A DNA stretch of 61,859 bases, filler included, from Chiloscyllium plagiosum (Eukaryota), in assembly GCF_004010195.1 (NCBI RefSeq). It is 3 parts of one record of this genome, joined end to end, with 100 filler letters (N's around TTAATTAATTAA, not from the genome) between each part and the next. Parts side by side here need not be neighbours in the genome. Positions count along the whole stretch, not along the records: positions 30,825 to 61,859 come from NC_057717.1; 2 more parts are not named here. One strand, written 5' to 3'. Below are positions 38,251-51,692 of the stretch, piece after piece (position 1 is the first letter of the stretch; each line of letters begins with the position of its first letter). The notes beneath the pieces were generated by a model that had not been told where the DNA came from, ran no database searches, and saw nothing but the letters and a program-made list of their open reading frames with translations. The position numbers and the translations under genes were made by a program.

Positions 38251-40663
38251 TTAGTGTGGATTTGAAGACTGGTTTTCACCCAAAGTGTGTTGGGGTCTGG
38301 GTTGCACTTCGTGAAAGGGGAGTTGTCATGGTAACCTCAAAACCATTAGAAAATACATGGTTGTGCACTTGAAATGCCATAAGATTCACAGTGACGGGTT
38401 TTGTGTTGGAAAGTGGGGCTAATGTAGACCGTGTGTATTTCTGATAGTACAGAGTCTGTGCTTCTGTGAATATATGGCTGTGGAAGGTCAATCATTCAAG
38501 TAGCTTAAGATAGGAATTGATGGGTTTCTGAAGAATATCTTATCAAAGTGTATATGAGTGAATTTGTAATATCTTCTGAGAATCCATCAATGGCAAAATT
38601 AAGAGAAAAAGGGGCAGCTTTCTTACAGTCTGATACCAGGTAATTGAGGACAGAGAAATAGCAGATCAGTGGAGCAAATACTTCAGTTATGCCTTCACAG
38701 AAGAAAGAAAAACAAAAATAAAATTTCCTCAGAATACTAGGGAACTTTAGTCTGGTGAGAAAAAGGGAATAGAATGAAATTAGCAACTAAAAAGTTTTAG
38801 AGAAAATATTGGACTGAAGTTAATAGGCATAGACAAAGTCAACAGAGACTTGTGAAATGGGAATCATATTTGAGAAAGTGGCTTTTAGCAAAATTATGGA
38901 GAAGGTATCAACGCAATACGATTGGAATCTCAGAAAGATTTTTGATAAAGCCCCAACCATATTATGCAAATTTGAATCCTATGGGACTGGGGCTAATATA
39001 TGGTCATGGTTTTAGAATGGGAGAGCTGGCAGGAAACAGTGAGTACGAACAAAACCATGTTTTTTGAATGGGAGAGCTTGGAGGATGTAACAAGGATTGA
39101 GATTTGGCATCCAGCTGTTCCCAATACACATCATATCTTTGGTTGAGGGGCTCAATTGCAATATTTCCAAGTTTGCTGACAGCAATAAATGATGTCAGCT
39201 TGTGAGTGGATGAGGAGGATGTAAAAAAGGCTCCAAGGTGATTGAGACAAGTGGAGTGACTGGGCAAATACCTGGCAGATGGAGAGCAACGGCAGAGATG
39301 AGAGGTTGTGTACTTTGTTGGGATCAATTGAATGACAGCCTATCATTTAAAAAGGGATTGGTTGAAAAATGTTGATCTATAGATGAACTTAATCTGCATT
39401 TTTATTTATTTCTGCTCAGCCCACCGAGTCCATGTAGGGCAGTGAGTTCTGAACATGGAAGTCAATACTGGGAATGGCATTGGCACACTGACCAGTGTAC
39501 ATAGACCCAGCAAATGGGGAGCTGTAACATTGAAAAGAATCTGGATCTCCCTGTACACCAGTCACTGAAAGCAATATTGCAGGAGCAGAAAGTGGGTAGG
39601 CAGATAAATGGTGTATTCACCTTCGTTTCAGGGGGATTTAGAATTCAGGAGTAAGGGGCATCATTACAGGGCCTTAGTGGGACCCCATCACGAACATTGT
39701 GCAGTATTATGTGCAGTTTTGGTCTCCTTATGAAGGACAAACCTGACATTGAGGGAGAGCAGTGAAGGATGACCAGACTGATCTCTGGGATGACAGTTAG
39801 TTGTGGGAGCAGAGTTTGGGGTGACTGGGCCTGTATTCCATGGGCTGTAGGAAAATGGGTGGAGATGTCAGTGAGATATATAAAACTCTGACAGGGTGTG
39901 ACAGATTGGAAGCAGGGATGATAGTTCACTTTATAGAAAATGGTTCACGAATCACATTGCAGTCAAATCCTACTTAATAAACAAGAGAACTCCCTATATA
40001 TTGATGGGCCAAAGGCACTATATTTTGTAATGTTTAAACATATTTTGGGATGTGAACATTGTGTGGGGAAAACTGCATTGAGGAGATGTTCGGCCATGAA
40101 ATAGCATGGGGAAAGCTCAATGTGCTGAATGACCTCCTCCTCTCCCGATGTTTTTGTGCAGTCTGTGGGAAAGCTCTGTAAATGTTGTCATAAGTTCTCA
40201 GATGTTAAGAAAGATGTCTATGCAGGGTCAACAGGACTGTGTTTCCCATTCCCTTTTCTGATAACGAGGTTGATGCTGGATGTTCTGTCAGGTTTTATCC
40301 TTTAAGACCTCACGAGTAGTTTGATACAATTGAGTGTCTCACTTGGCTGATTCAGAGACCATTGAAGAGTTTATCACATGTCTGTGCGTCTGGAGTCACT
40401 TTTAGGCCAGACCAGGAAAGCACGGGAGATTCACTTCCTGAAACTTCATTGGTGAAGGCGATCGATGTTTACAATCAACATTGGACACGAGATCACTATC
40501 ACTGACACCAGGTTTTAGATTTCGATATTTTATGAATTATTTTTAACTTCCACCAACTGCCAGAGCATTGGGCTGATCTGGATTCGTAATCCAATGATAT
40601 GTCCACTACAGCACCATCTCCACATGGGGACCTATCGGAAACCACATTGACCTGATTATTTCG

Positions 40664-41166
40664 GTGCTACTTGACAGCTCTATCAAAAAATATTCCCAAC
40701 AATTTGACTGTCGAGATGGGACTGAGAGTGTAGTTATTGGTCAGATTGTAATTATTCTCCTATTCAGGGGCTGGACATAGTTGAGTAATTTTCCTCATTG
40801 AGGAGAAAGTGAGGTCTGCAGATGCTGGAGATCAGAGCTGAAAATGTGTTGCTGGAAAAGCGCAGCAGGTCAGGCAGCATCCAGGGAACAGGAGAATCGA
40901 CGTTTCGGGCACATCTTCCCCATGGGCACGGCTTGCTGTGCAGCACAAGTCTTCGGTCCTATTGCAGGAATGCGGTCAGGGCACATTGTCTTTGTCGTAT
41001 CTATAGTGTTCAGCTGTTTCTTCATGACTGTACAGCAAATCGAATTGCTTGAAGACTGGCATCTGTGATTCTGTGGGAATCATGATGAGTGTGAGGTGGA
41101 TCATCCACTCAACACGTCTGGCTGAGGAGACATCACATCCTTTTTGATAGAGCTGTCAAGTAGCAC
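40664..41166. repeat. Segment bounded by a perfect 26-bp inverted repeat
   Basis: gtgctacttgacagctctatcaaaaa (40664-40689) and its exact reverse complement (41141-41166). Confidence 0.9.
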
Positions 41167-42049
41167 ATCTGTAAACCAGGAGCAGTTACCCTCCCAACAT
41201 GTAGGGCTGTGTACACTACCCCAGTGCATTGATCTGTAAACCAGGTGCAGTTACCCTCCCAGCATGTAGAGCTGTGTACACCACCCCACGGGATTGCTCC
41301 GTAACACTGTGCTAGATCCCTGCCCAGCGTGGGGAAACTTGCAGCCCATGCTGGAAGTGACGGAATGTGCAGCTCCCACCCATTTACAGCTCCATATCTG
41401 CATTGTGCCATGACAAGGGGGTGCTGTGGGTGTGAACATCACTGCCAGAGAGAGATGGCGTGGAATCAGTTTAAATATCACCAGATGGGAAGGGTTTTGG
41501 GGTATAGACAGAGAGGGGGAGACTGAGAGACATAGTTATGGAAGAATGCGTTCCCAGTTTTCAGAATGCTGAAATGTAGACACTCGATAGCATCCTGTAA
41601 CATGAGCCAGTCTTCCCAGGAAAGATGGGAAAAAGGGATATTGGTGTAAGGTGAGATAATGGAGAGTTTTGGATGAGCATTTTTTCTTCAGCTTTGTAAA
41701 TGAGAGTGGTTTCAACAGAATCTATGATTCATTGGGCTGATTCTAACAGTAATTTGTCTCAGTGCCATTTTCATTGTTTGTGACAGAGGGATCGTCCTCA
41801 TGAGGCTGAGCTACTTTCCTGGTGCTATCTTATTCAACTCACCTCATTAACTACCCAGCCCACCTCATTGTGTCCCTCTCATTCAATACTAGCCCGATTC
41901 TCCCACCCATCATGGCTGGAGGTACACACCATCACCCGGGTACCCCTGGATATTCCGTGATCCCTGACACTGGTGCTATCTTTAAAAGGCCAGTGGGCAC
42001 ATGGTTGAGCTTTCTCAGTTCGGACCTGCCCTACACAGTTTACCCTGAG

Positions 42050-42775
42050 CATGGGGGATAATGGGCAATTACACCACGGTTTGTCGACAGGGGCACGGAG
42101 GTCCTGGTGGATGGGCTAGTACAGAGGGGGGCCATTCTCTTCCCAGAGGGGACCCGCCACCAGACCCACCAAGCATGGTCTGAGCTCACCACCCAGCTCA
42201 GTGCAGTGTCTGCAGTCTTAAGAAATGTCCATCAATACAGCACAAGCATCAATAACCATCCCCGCTCTGTCAGGATAAGGCTCACCGTATTCGCCCTGCT
42301 CCCTCACACTCACTGTATATCTGTTATAGCATCGACTCCCGAACAAGGCTCATGCTCCACCACTCTCACTGCAGTGCCTTCTGTCTCTCTGTCTCTCTCT
42401 CTGTCTCTCTCTCTGTCACCCTGTCCACTTTACCCCCCACATCAATTACACTGCATGGATACAACGCTGTCGACTGACTCCCTCTGAAAACCTCACCATT
42501 TGCCATTCTCCCACACTAACAGCAGGGCTACCCACTCCCTCCCTTTCTCCCATTCCAGGAGAAACAGCCTGGAATAGGACAGGAATGACCAAGCCGGGTG
42601 GTGGAGTTCCCTCACCCCCCTCCCCCCGCCATGTGGGGAGGACCCTGGTATGAGCCGGAGGGGACCAGGACGCCTCGTGTGGAGATTCTGAAACATCCAA
42701 GTCCCACTGACCGAGTAAGGAGCAATGTTCAGTGAAGGGCAATTCTCACTTTAAACCCACTGGCAGCTCCGTTTC
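42050..42775 (+). mobile_element. PIF/Harbinger-derived remnant with Myb/SANT-like (NAIF1-type) domain
   Basis: TPRFVDRGTEVLVDGLVQRGAILFP...AWSELTTQLSAVSAVLRNVHQ matches the Harbinger Myb-like pattern PRFxxxExEVLV...LF...AWxEI..VSA..R..Q. Confidence 0.7.
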
Positions 42776-43783
42776 CCCCCGGCACAACTTAGAAGCCGCG
42801 GCCCTGATGCCATCTCCCTTTTGTGTCGAGCTGGTCCAAATGGAATCCCCACGGTCTCGGTGGGCAGGAGGGTGGGCTCACAACACATCGTCTCCCCCAC
42901 CTCCCAGGAAGGGAGCACAGAAACTCACTCTTACACCTCCTCCTGTAAACAGCTCAGATACTGAAACTAATCTGTGATAGTTACTGCTCTCCTCACTTGT
43001 CCTGAAATCTTCAATAATCTGTGCTCATATACACCCAGGGCCCTCTGCTTCTGCAGCCCCTTTATAACGGCACAACCTGTTTTGAACTGTATTTATCTTT
43101 CTTACCAAAGTGCATCACCTCACACTGCTCTGCACTGATCCCGATCTGTCATAAACCTGAACACTGCACCAATGTGTCACTGTCCTGTTAGAGTTCCACA
43201 CTCTCCTCCATAGACTGTACAATTCTTCCAGGTTTGGTACCATTTACAAACATTGAGATTGTCAGAGCATCACAGTCCCCATGAAACAACTGAAATCCTG
43301 CCACACTCACTAGTGTGAGCAAGTGAAATACTGATATATTCCCACGGACAGAGTCGAATAATAACATGCTGTCAATGGAGCAACAAAAATTATTTAAACA
43401 GTGGAATTTGGCAGATCTGTCACTCATATTTTAACAGTTTACGAGGTGAATTGAGTATTTCTTTATGTTTCATTTAAGTTACCAGATGAGCTTCACGCCG
43501 TGTCCTCACCATCCCCGTGTGTGTATCTGTGTGTATCTGTGTGGGGCAGGTCTGGCAGTCTCTGTGGTGCTTAAAGTGATGCAATGCCACCCTCTGCTGG
43601 CCTCCCCACGCCACTGCACAGGCATTGGCAGAGGGTGAAAATCAACATGGATTCATTCAGAGAGGGGGAGGGAGAGGGCAGCTGCTCACAGCACCATCCA
43701 AACTGATGTCTAATTCATGTACTGATCTAAATGTCCTTTAAACATTGTAACTGTCCCTGCTTTCACCACTTGCTCTGCAAGTT

Positions 43784-44095
43784 TAGATTAGATTACTTAC
43801 AGTGTGGAAACAGGCCCTTCGGCCCAACAAATCCAAACCGACCTGCCGAAGCGCAACCCACCCATACCCCTACATTTACCCCTTTAACCTAACACTACAG
43901 GCAATTTAGCATGGCCAATTCATCTGGCCCGCACATCTTTGGACTGCGGGAGGAAACCGGAGCACCCGGAGGGTGCCCACGCAGACACGGGGAGAATGTG
44001 CAAACTCCACACAGTCAGTCGCCTGAGTCGGGAATTGAACCCGGGTCTCTGGCGCTGTGAGACAGCAGTGCTAACCACTGTGCCACCATGCCGCC
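43784..44095 (-). mobile_element. Full-length HE1-type SINE
   Basis: Complete head (gcggcatggtggcacagtggttagcactgctg) and tail (ctgtaagtaatctaatctaa) on the minus strand. Confidence 0.92.
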
Positions 44096-45369
44096 ACACA
44101 GTAGCCAGCTTCTGTCTAAAATAATTACCTCCCATGACTTTTGTAAATCTTTTTTCCTCGCACCTTAAAATATCCCTCAGCTTTGAATCCCCAACTCTAT
44201 GGAAAAGACATCAGCCCTTTAGCTTATCTGTACCCCTCATGATTTTGTAAACTTCTGTACCCCTTAATCTCATCCTCTCCAGTGAAAAAAGTCCCAGTCT
44301 ATCCAGCCTCTCCTTTTTGCTCACTCCCTCCATTCCCAGCAACATCCAGGTTAATCTGTTCTCAATCCTCTCCAGCTTAATGATATCAAGGTCAATAATA
44401 TCTGGGTGAATAGTCAAGGTATTTTCTAAGGGTAGGGGAGACCAAAACTAGAGGGCATAGGTTTAAGGTGAGAGGGGAAAGATTTAAAAGTGACCTAAGG
44501 GGCAGCTTTTTCACCCAGAGGGTGGTGTGCCTATGGAATGAGCAGGCAGGATGACCAAACTGGGCACACCAGAAGCGGTCTCATCAATGTCCTGTACAAT
44601 CACAACATGACGTCCCAATTCTGATACTCAAGGGTCTGACCTATGAAGACAAGTGTGTTAAACACCTTCTTAACCACACTATCTATCTGAGATGCAAATT
44701 TTACAGAATTAAACCTGACGGCATTGGTCTCTGTACTACAGCACTGCCAAAAGCCTACTTTTAATTGTATAGGTCCTGCTCTTGTTTGATTTACCAAATC
44801 CAATACCTCGCATTAATCAAAACTAAACTCCACCAGCCACCCCTCAGCCCAATGAGTGATATTACTGCCACCTCCCCCTCCCCCTTCAATTTAAATTTCC
44901 CTGCCCCTCTCCAGGAGCCCTGCACACTCCGGCCTTGATTTTCACAAAGACCGTGAGCTTGGTTTGCCTTGTGTGGATAGGGTGAGGTGGGACAGATTGC
45001 AGACACAGGCAGTGGGGAGGAGAGGCTGGACAGTAATCAGCGGCCTGGTTTCTTTTCATGGTTTTAGGAAGAGCGCAGTCGCACGTGAGAGTTGGGTAAT
45101 ACCGATCGGTGCTTTGGGGCCAGAAATTACCCTCTTTCTCCATCTCTGGTGTTCAGTAATGAAAATCTATTTGAGACCCTTCTTTGGGCAGAGTGTGTGT
45201 GCTGGATTGATTTCCCTAATATTGTAGACTACAGATAATAGCAATTAAAGATGGTCATAGTTAATTTCGATGGCACAGCATGTGCACTCAACATCCTGCA
45301 GTTGACTACAGCGTTTGTTTAACAGTACAAAGTGTAGTTCAGTAATGGTAACCTGACTATAATAAATTG

Positions 45370-45672
45370 TCCGGACTTGTCCGACCTGCCCAGCTCCTTT
45401 TCCACCTATCCACTCCACCCTCTCCTCCCTGACCTATCACCTTCATCTCCTTCCCCACTGACCTATTGTACTCTATGCTACTCTCTCCCCACCCCCACCC
45501 TCCTCTAGCTTATCTCTCCACGCTTCAGGCTCTCTGCCTTTATTCCTGATGAAGGGCTTTTGCCCGAAACGTCGATTTTGCCTGTCCTCGGATGCTGCCT
45601 GAATTGCTGTGCTCTTCCAGCACCACTGATCCAGAATCTGGTTTCCAGCATCTGCAGTCATTGTTTTTACCT
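45370..45672 (+). mobile_element. Penelope-derived 3' end with intact hammerhead motif at 45543-45577
   Basis: CUGAUGA-A-GGGC-UUUU-GCCC-GAAAC-GUC. Confidence 0.8.
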
Positions 45673-47274
45673 TATAATAAATCCACACTGAGCTGAAAGC
45701 TGGCACTTCAAATATGATCCAAATGCTGGGTATGATAGTGTAGTGGGTAGTGTCCCTGCCTCTGAGCCAGAACTCTGGATTTGATTCCAATTCCTGAACT
45801 TCTTTGGTAGTGTTCCTAGCTCCTGCCTGTTGCAGAGGTAAGTCACAGCATATCATAACAGGCTGATGAGCAAACACACAGGAGAATAATGTCACAGCTT
45901 TGCGAATATTGCCGAGTGGTGCTAGTGTCCCTACCTCCGGGCACAAAGGTCTAGGTGTAAATCCCACAGAAGTGTTTCATAATACATCTAAACAAATTGA
46001 TTAAACTGGTTTTTGAATTGTTACCTGATGGAGAAAGAAGAGGTGTCAGTGTTGAATTTCAGAATTTAGGCACTGGATGACTGAAAGCACAGCCATTCGT
46101 GTTAATTGGAGTCACATTTCTCCACAGTAGCAGTTTATAAAATCCGAATGCTCATGGATAGGGTGACTAGTCAGGGTTTTTCCTCAGGGTAGGGGCGTCC
46201 AAAACTAGAGGGCATTGGTTGAAAGTGAGAGGGGAAAGGTTTTGATGAGGCCTAAAGGGCACCTTTTCATGCAGAGGGTGGTGTGTGTATGGAATGAGCT
46301 GCCAGAGGAAGTGATGGAGGCTGGTACAAATACAGCATGTAAAAGGCATCTGGATGCTGACAGACCTGCCGAGCTTTTCCAGCAATTTCTGAATTTGTTG
46401 AAAAAAGTGCATTCATTTTAACACAGGTATTCTGAACACATTAAAAATTTTATTTTTTTCATGATGCAGGGACATATAAACATATCTTCAAATCGACAGA
46501 GATCATTTTCTACTAAGGGTATGGCTCTGTGTATGACAGCAGCAATGATGCACCGACATGGAGCAGGGAATGCGATGGAGACATTGTTTGGACAATGTAC
46601 AAGGAGAACTCACATGATGCAGTTTGGGAGAGGGTGACATTATTGTGTGATTCAATTCAGAGAGGAAGAAAATGTAATCTGCCCGAGAAGATACGGCCTA
46701 TTGCACTCTCTCTCCTTCATTGTTCCTCATCACAGCAATGTGTATGAGCTAAACAAAAAACCTCTACTGTCATCATTACCATTCTTTTTTTTGTAGAATC
46801 CCTGCAGTGTGGAAACAGGCGCTTTAGCCCAACAAGTCCATACCAAACTTCCAAAGAGTAACCTTCCCAGGCCCGTTCCCTTACAGTTACCCCTGACTAG
46901 TGCTGCCTGAACCTCCAGCACTAGTCTCTTCCAGCACCACTAATCCAGAACCTGACTAGTGCACCTAAACTAGAAATCGCTGAAGACTATGGACTATTTG
47001 ACCAATCCACCTGAGCTACACAGCTTTGGATTGAGGGAGGAAACTGAAGCACCCATTAGAAACTCACACAGACAAGGCGTACACTCCACACAGATAGACA
47101 CCCAAGGCTGCGAATTGAACCCAAGTCCCTGGTGCTGTGAGGCAGCAGTGCTAACCACTGAGTCACTGTGCTAACCTTTATGTGATCCCTGACAAGAATT
47201 CATTGGAACCTCCTCACTGCCTAATGCAAAGGGAATTCAGCCAAATCCAACTGTTCCAGGACGAAATCCCATTG

Positions 47275-47606
47275 ATTAGATTACATTACATTACATTACA
47301 ATATGGAAACAGGCCCTTCAGCCCAACAAGTCCACACTGACCCACCGAAGCGCAACCCATCCATACCCCTACATTTACCCCTTAACTAACACCACGGCCA
47401 ATTTAGCATGGCCAATTCACCTGACCTGCACATCTTTGGACTGTGGGAGGAAACTGGAGCACCCGGAGGAAACCCACGCAGACACGGGAGAAAGCACAAA
47501 CTCCACACAGTCAGTCGCCTGAGATGGGAATTGAACCTGGGTCTCTGGCACTGTGAGGCAGCAGTGCTAACCACTGTGCCACCATGCCGCCCACTGTGCC
47601 ACCGTG
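47275..47606 (-). mobile_element. Full-length HE1-type SINE
   Basis: Same head and tail structure as 43784-44095. Confidence 0.9.
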
Positions 47607-47609
47607 CAC

Positions 47610-49592
47610 CAGTCTCCTTTTTGCAGACTAGAAAGTACATTTTTCCTCTTGACTGGCGGATGGCTCCCCTTAATGTTCCAGGTACAACATTTAAGCACAT
47701 CATTATCCATAACACACTGTAGCAACATTTCAACTCTAGAGTTTCACATCGAATTACACATCGCTGATCATTAATGAAAAAAAAGACTCATTGAGCCTAA
47801 AAACTGTACAAACTAAACTTACTACAACTAACAAGCTCTCAAAACTTTCCAAAGCTAAACACATAAAAAAACCAAAGAATGAAATAAAATTCAAAACGCC
47901 AATGACACTCGATTGGGGAATTTACTCCCCACTGCCCACTGGGGATGCTTACATATCTCAAAACTTTTTCTTGTGCCCGCTACCAATATGGAATCCAGGG
48001 CAATTAACAACAAAAATCAGGCTTGAACTGCCCTTCAATCGGCGCTTAGTCATCACAACTACCTTTGTAACTCCCTCCAGCTTGAGCTGCACCCCAGGCA
48101 CAAGCAAAGAAAGAAAAAAAAGTGTAGTAATACTAATGAAGAAGTTAAAAATGAGTACTCTACCCATTCCCAGCTATAATTTAACACTTGTTAATAGCAG
48201 AAAAATCCAACAAAATTTCTTTAAGCGTTTCAGCGTTTTAAGCGTTTCAGAGAACACCTCTGGGACACCCGGACCAACCAACCCAACCACCCTGTGGCTC
48301 AACATTTCAATTCCCCCTCCCACTCCACCAAGGATATGCAGGTCTTTGGACTCCTCCATCGCCAGACCACAACAAAACGACGGTTGGAGGAAGAACACCT
48401 CATCTTCCGNNNNNNNNNNNNNNNNNNNNNNNNNNNNNNNNNNNNNNNNNNNACGTCGATTCTCCTGTTCCCTGGATGCTGCCTGACCTGCTGCGCTTTT
48501 CCAGCAACACATTTTCAGCTCTGATCTCCAGCATCTGCAGACCTCACTTTCTCCTATCTAAATATCCAGCTTACTTTAAAATGTCCACAAAGTTTTCGCT
48601 TTCTCTGGAGAGTCAGACTAGTTCGTGGATCCATTGAGAGCGATACGGAGCACCGCTGGGAACCATAAGGAATACTGAATCCTGAGTTCACTTACTCTTC
48701 TCTTGATATTATCTAAAGATTTTCTTTCCTGAATCACCGTCGCTGAAAAGTCCTGAAAGAACATAATCCTGGAGCTCTTGTGAATTAAACCCATCGGATC
48801 TTTCCCCTGGGTTCTGAAAGCTTCCATCAGTCTTTGTTTGTCCCCATAACTATGTAATCGAACAAGGACGAGATGAAGGTGTTGGTCTGAGTCTGACTTC
48901 CGCTCCATAACCCAATGAACTTTTTCACTCTTCACCCGTCCCTCTTCGGTTTTGAAGCGAAGGAATCGCTGCAGCCAGTTCTTGAAAAAACTCACCGGCT
49001 GACCACCTTCTGTCCGCTCCAGCAAAGTGATGATGTGAATATTCTTCATCCTACCCCTGATCTCGAGGTCGTCATCTTGTTCAGTTAAGGTGCAGACCTG
49101 TTTTTCAAGGGCGAGGATCCTCTCCCGAGAGTAATTGATCACGGTCTGTCGCTGCAGTTTGGCGCTTGGCATCATCTGTTTTGTTTCCAAGGCTGTCAAG
49201 TTGCTGCTCATGTTTTGGAGTGGCTGAGAGTGGCTCTAGCCACAGGTGAGCTGTTCTTCAATCGTGGCTTCAATCATTTCACGTAACTTGGTGAACTCAG
49301 TCACCAAGGCCCGGTGAGTAACTGGGTCCATGGAACGAGCAGAGTGGGTTGCAGCTACAGCCTCAGGCAGGCTCGATGCTTCTGACAGGTGCACCGCTTG
49401 TTGGGACTTACTCGATCCTTTCCCATGTTTTGTCATTGCCCTTTGACAAATCAGGATTCGTAAAGATTCTATTGCTCTTTTAGTGTTGAATTTTAAGTAA
49501 ATGGCTGGGATGGGGTGGGTTAGAGAACCACTTTGCCCGTGTGTTGCCCAGCAAAGCAGACCTTCTGGATCGCTGCCATCTTGTATTCTCCC
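47610..49592 (-). mobile_element. LINE-1 5' half: 5'UTR, ORF1, inter-ORF spacer and start of ORF2
   Basis: 5' end gggagaatacaagatggcagcg. ORF1p from 49436 (DDLEIRGRMKNIHII...IMFFQDFSA...YSLWFPAVLRI). ORF2 ATG at 47710 (MDNDVLKCCTWNIKGSHPPVKRKNVL). Penelope insert at ~48235-48555. Confidence 0.9.
48410..48452. other. Assembly gap (43 N)
   Basis: N run within the Penelope insert in the L1. Confidence 0.99.
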
Positions 49593-50079
49593 TTAACATT
49601 TTATCGATATTATCATTTCAATTTGCATTATATTCCTGGAGGTTCTGAAGCCGTGTTATTTGATACCACTGTCTACATTTCCCCCCCACACTGCACATTG
49701 CTGCCCATTCCTCGATAATCCTTGACTCTGTTGTTATTTATGAATCTTCCATCTGTGCCTCAAATATATTCAATATCTCTGCCTACAATGCTGGGAGGGG
49801 AAGAGTGTTCCAAAGACTCACAGCACTTTGAGAAAACAATTATAATCTGAGTGTGGGATTAGTTTTTTGTGTCTCCTTATCTGAGAACGGATATAATTAC
49901 ATTGGAAGCAGTTCAGAGATATTTCATTTCACGTTTTCCTGGGGTGAAGGGCTTATATTATGAAGGCTTTAACAGGAAACTCTTGGAATGAGAATGAAAC
50001 ATACAAGACCTTGATAAGTGTGGATTAGGTATGTACCTGCTGGGAGTTTGTATAGTCCAAATTTGTTGTCATTGTCATA

Positions 50080-50400
50080 GAACCTCTACAGTGTGGAGGC
50101 AGGACATTCCATCCATTAAGTCCACACTGACCCACCAAAAAGCATCCCACCTGGACGTGCCACCCCAATCTTATCCATGTAACCCTGCATTTCCCATAAC
50201 TAACCCACCTAACCTACACATCCCTGGGCACTATGGGCAATCCACTTTAAACTGCACATCTTTGGACTGTGGCAGGAAACGGGATCACTGGGAGGAAACC
50301 CACACAGGCATGGGGAGAATGTTCAAACTCCACATAGAGGGTCGCCCGAGGTTGGAATTGAACCCAGCTCCTTGGTGATGTGAGGCAGCAGTGCTACCCA
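50080..50400 (-). mobile_element. Diverged HE1-type SINE
   Basis: ctgcacatctttggactgtgg...gtgaggcagcagtgctac. Confidence 0.75.
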
Positions 50401-51595
50401 CAGATCCAACATACTCCTCCGTTAGTTCTGTGAGTAACTTGTGGCTGACTAAAGAAATCTGCCTGACTTGTTTTGTGAAAATTTGTTCTGTGCCTATTCA
50501 TTTCTGGAGAAACTCAGCAGGTCTGTCAGCATCTGCAGAGACAGAGAAACAGCGTTAGCATTTCAAGTCCAGTGTGACACTTCTTAACAACTGAAAAGCA
50601 TTGGAATCTTGGCTTTTTAATATCCTTGCCAGAGGTGGGAGATGGGTGATAGGGTAAAGAGGGCGTGGCAAAGATAAACCGGCTTTTAGCAGTGGTGAAC
50701 GAGAAGATGATATAAAATGGGTTTAAATTAAGGTGTGAATGGGGAAAGGGGTTCTCTCGATTGAGTGCAAGATAAAGGAGACACAATCACACAAGGTCAT
50801 AAGGAGGCCAGGAGGGAGAATGTTGACTATATGGCATTATAAAGATCTGGCCATAGATACATTTTCACTGTCAAGATCATCGCCCCATTTAGACAAAGGA
50901 TATCAGGGGCTTGGCTTCTTATTGGCACGAGTAAGCGTTTCATGCTGCCTTAGTATTGTAATAGGGAGAAAAAACAAATCACAGTATGAAGTTTGAGCTG
51001 AGTATTGTTTATCTGTCATTTTTACTATAGTTTCAAATTTGTAATATTTATCTTTAAATGCTTGTTCTTGAAGTTAGTATTGGATGGAGTGTAGAAGGTT
51101 GAGGGATGACATTATAGAAGTTTCTAAAATCATGAGAATTATGGATAGGGTGAATAGCCAAGGTCTTTTCCACAGGATGGGGGAGTTCAGCTGTAGAAGG
51201 CATAGGTTTAAGGTGAAAGTGGGAAAACTTGCAAGGGACGCAGGGCAAGTGTTTTTACACAGAGAGTGGTTGGGTATGGAATGAGCTGCCAGAGGAAGAA
51301 TGGTAGATGCATATACAGATACAACATTTAAAACACATTTGGACAAACATATGAATGGGAAACATTTAGAGGCCTATGGACGAAATGAAAGCAGACGGGA
51401 CTAGTTTAGTTTGGAAAACCTGGCTAACACAGACATTTAGAAAAGCTTCACGCAGGTTCAGAGTGGTTTTGTGAAAGGGAAGTTATACTTTGCCCTGTAA
51501 AATCATGCAAAGTACTTCTGGAGATGCCTGAGAATGTAACAAGCGGACTTGATAAAGGGGATCTGTTAGACACCAGGCTTTCCAGAGTTTTTCCA

Positions 51596-51692
51596 GAGCC
51601 TTTCCTGAAGAAGGGCTAATGCCCGAAACGTCGATTCTCCTGTTCCCTAGATGCTGCCTGACCTGCTGCGCTTTTCCAGCAACACATTTCCA
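51596..51692 (+). mobile_element. 97-bp hammerhead-bearing insertion with 17-bp TSD
   Basis: tttccagagtttttcca at 51579-51595 and 51693-51709. Core CUGAAGA-A-GGGC-UAAU-GCCC-GAAAC-GUC at 51605-51632. Confidence 0.85.

Noticed and set aside
43784..44095. tRNA genes at SINE heads
   Set aside because: These are A/B-box-containing heads of SINEs with CR1-derived tails, not complete cloverleaf genes.
47791..48486. 231-aa plus-strand ORF
   Set aside because: It is an antisense reading of the L1 spacer fused to a Penelope fragment and a gap.
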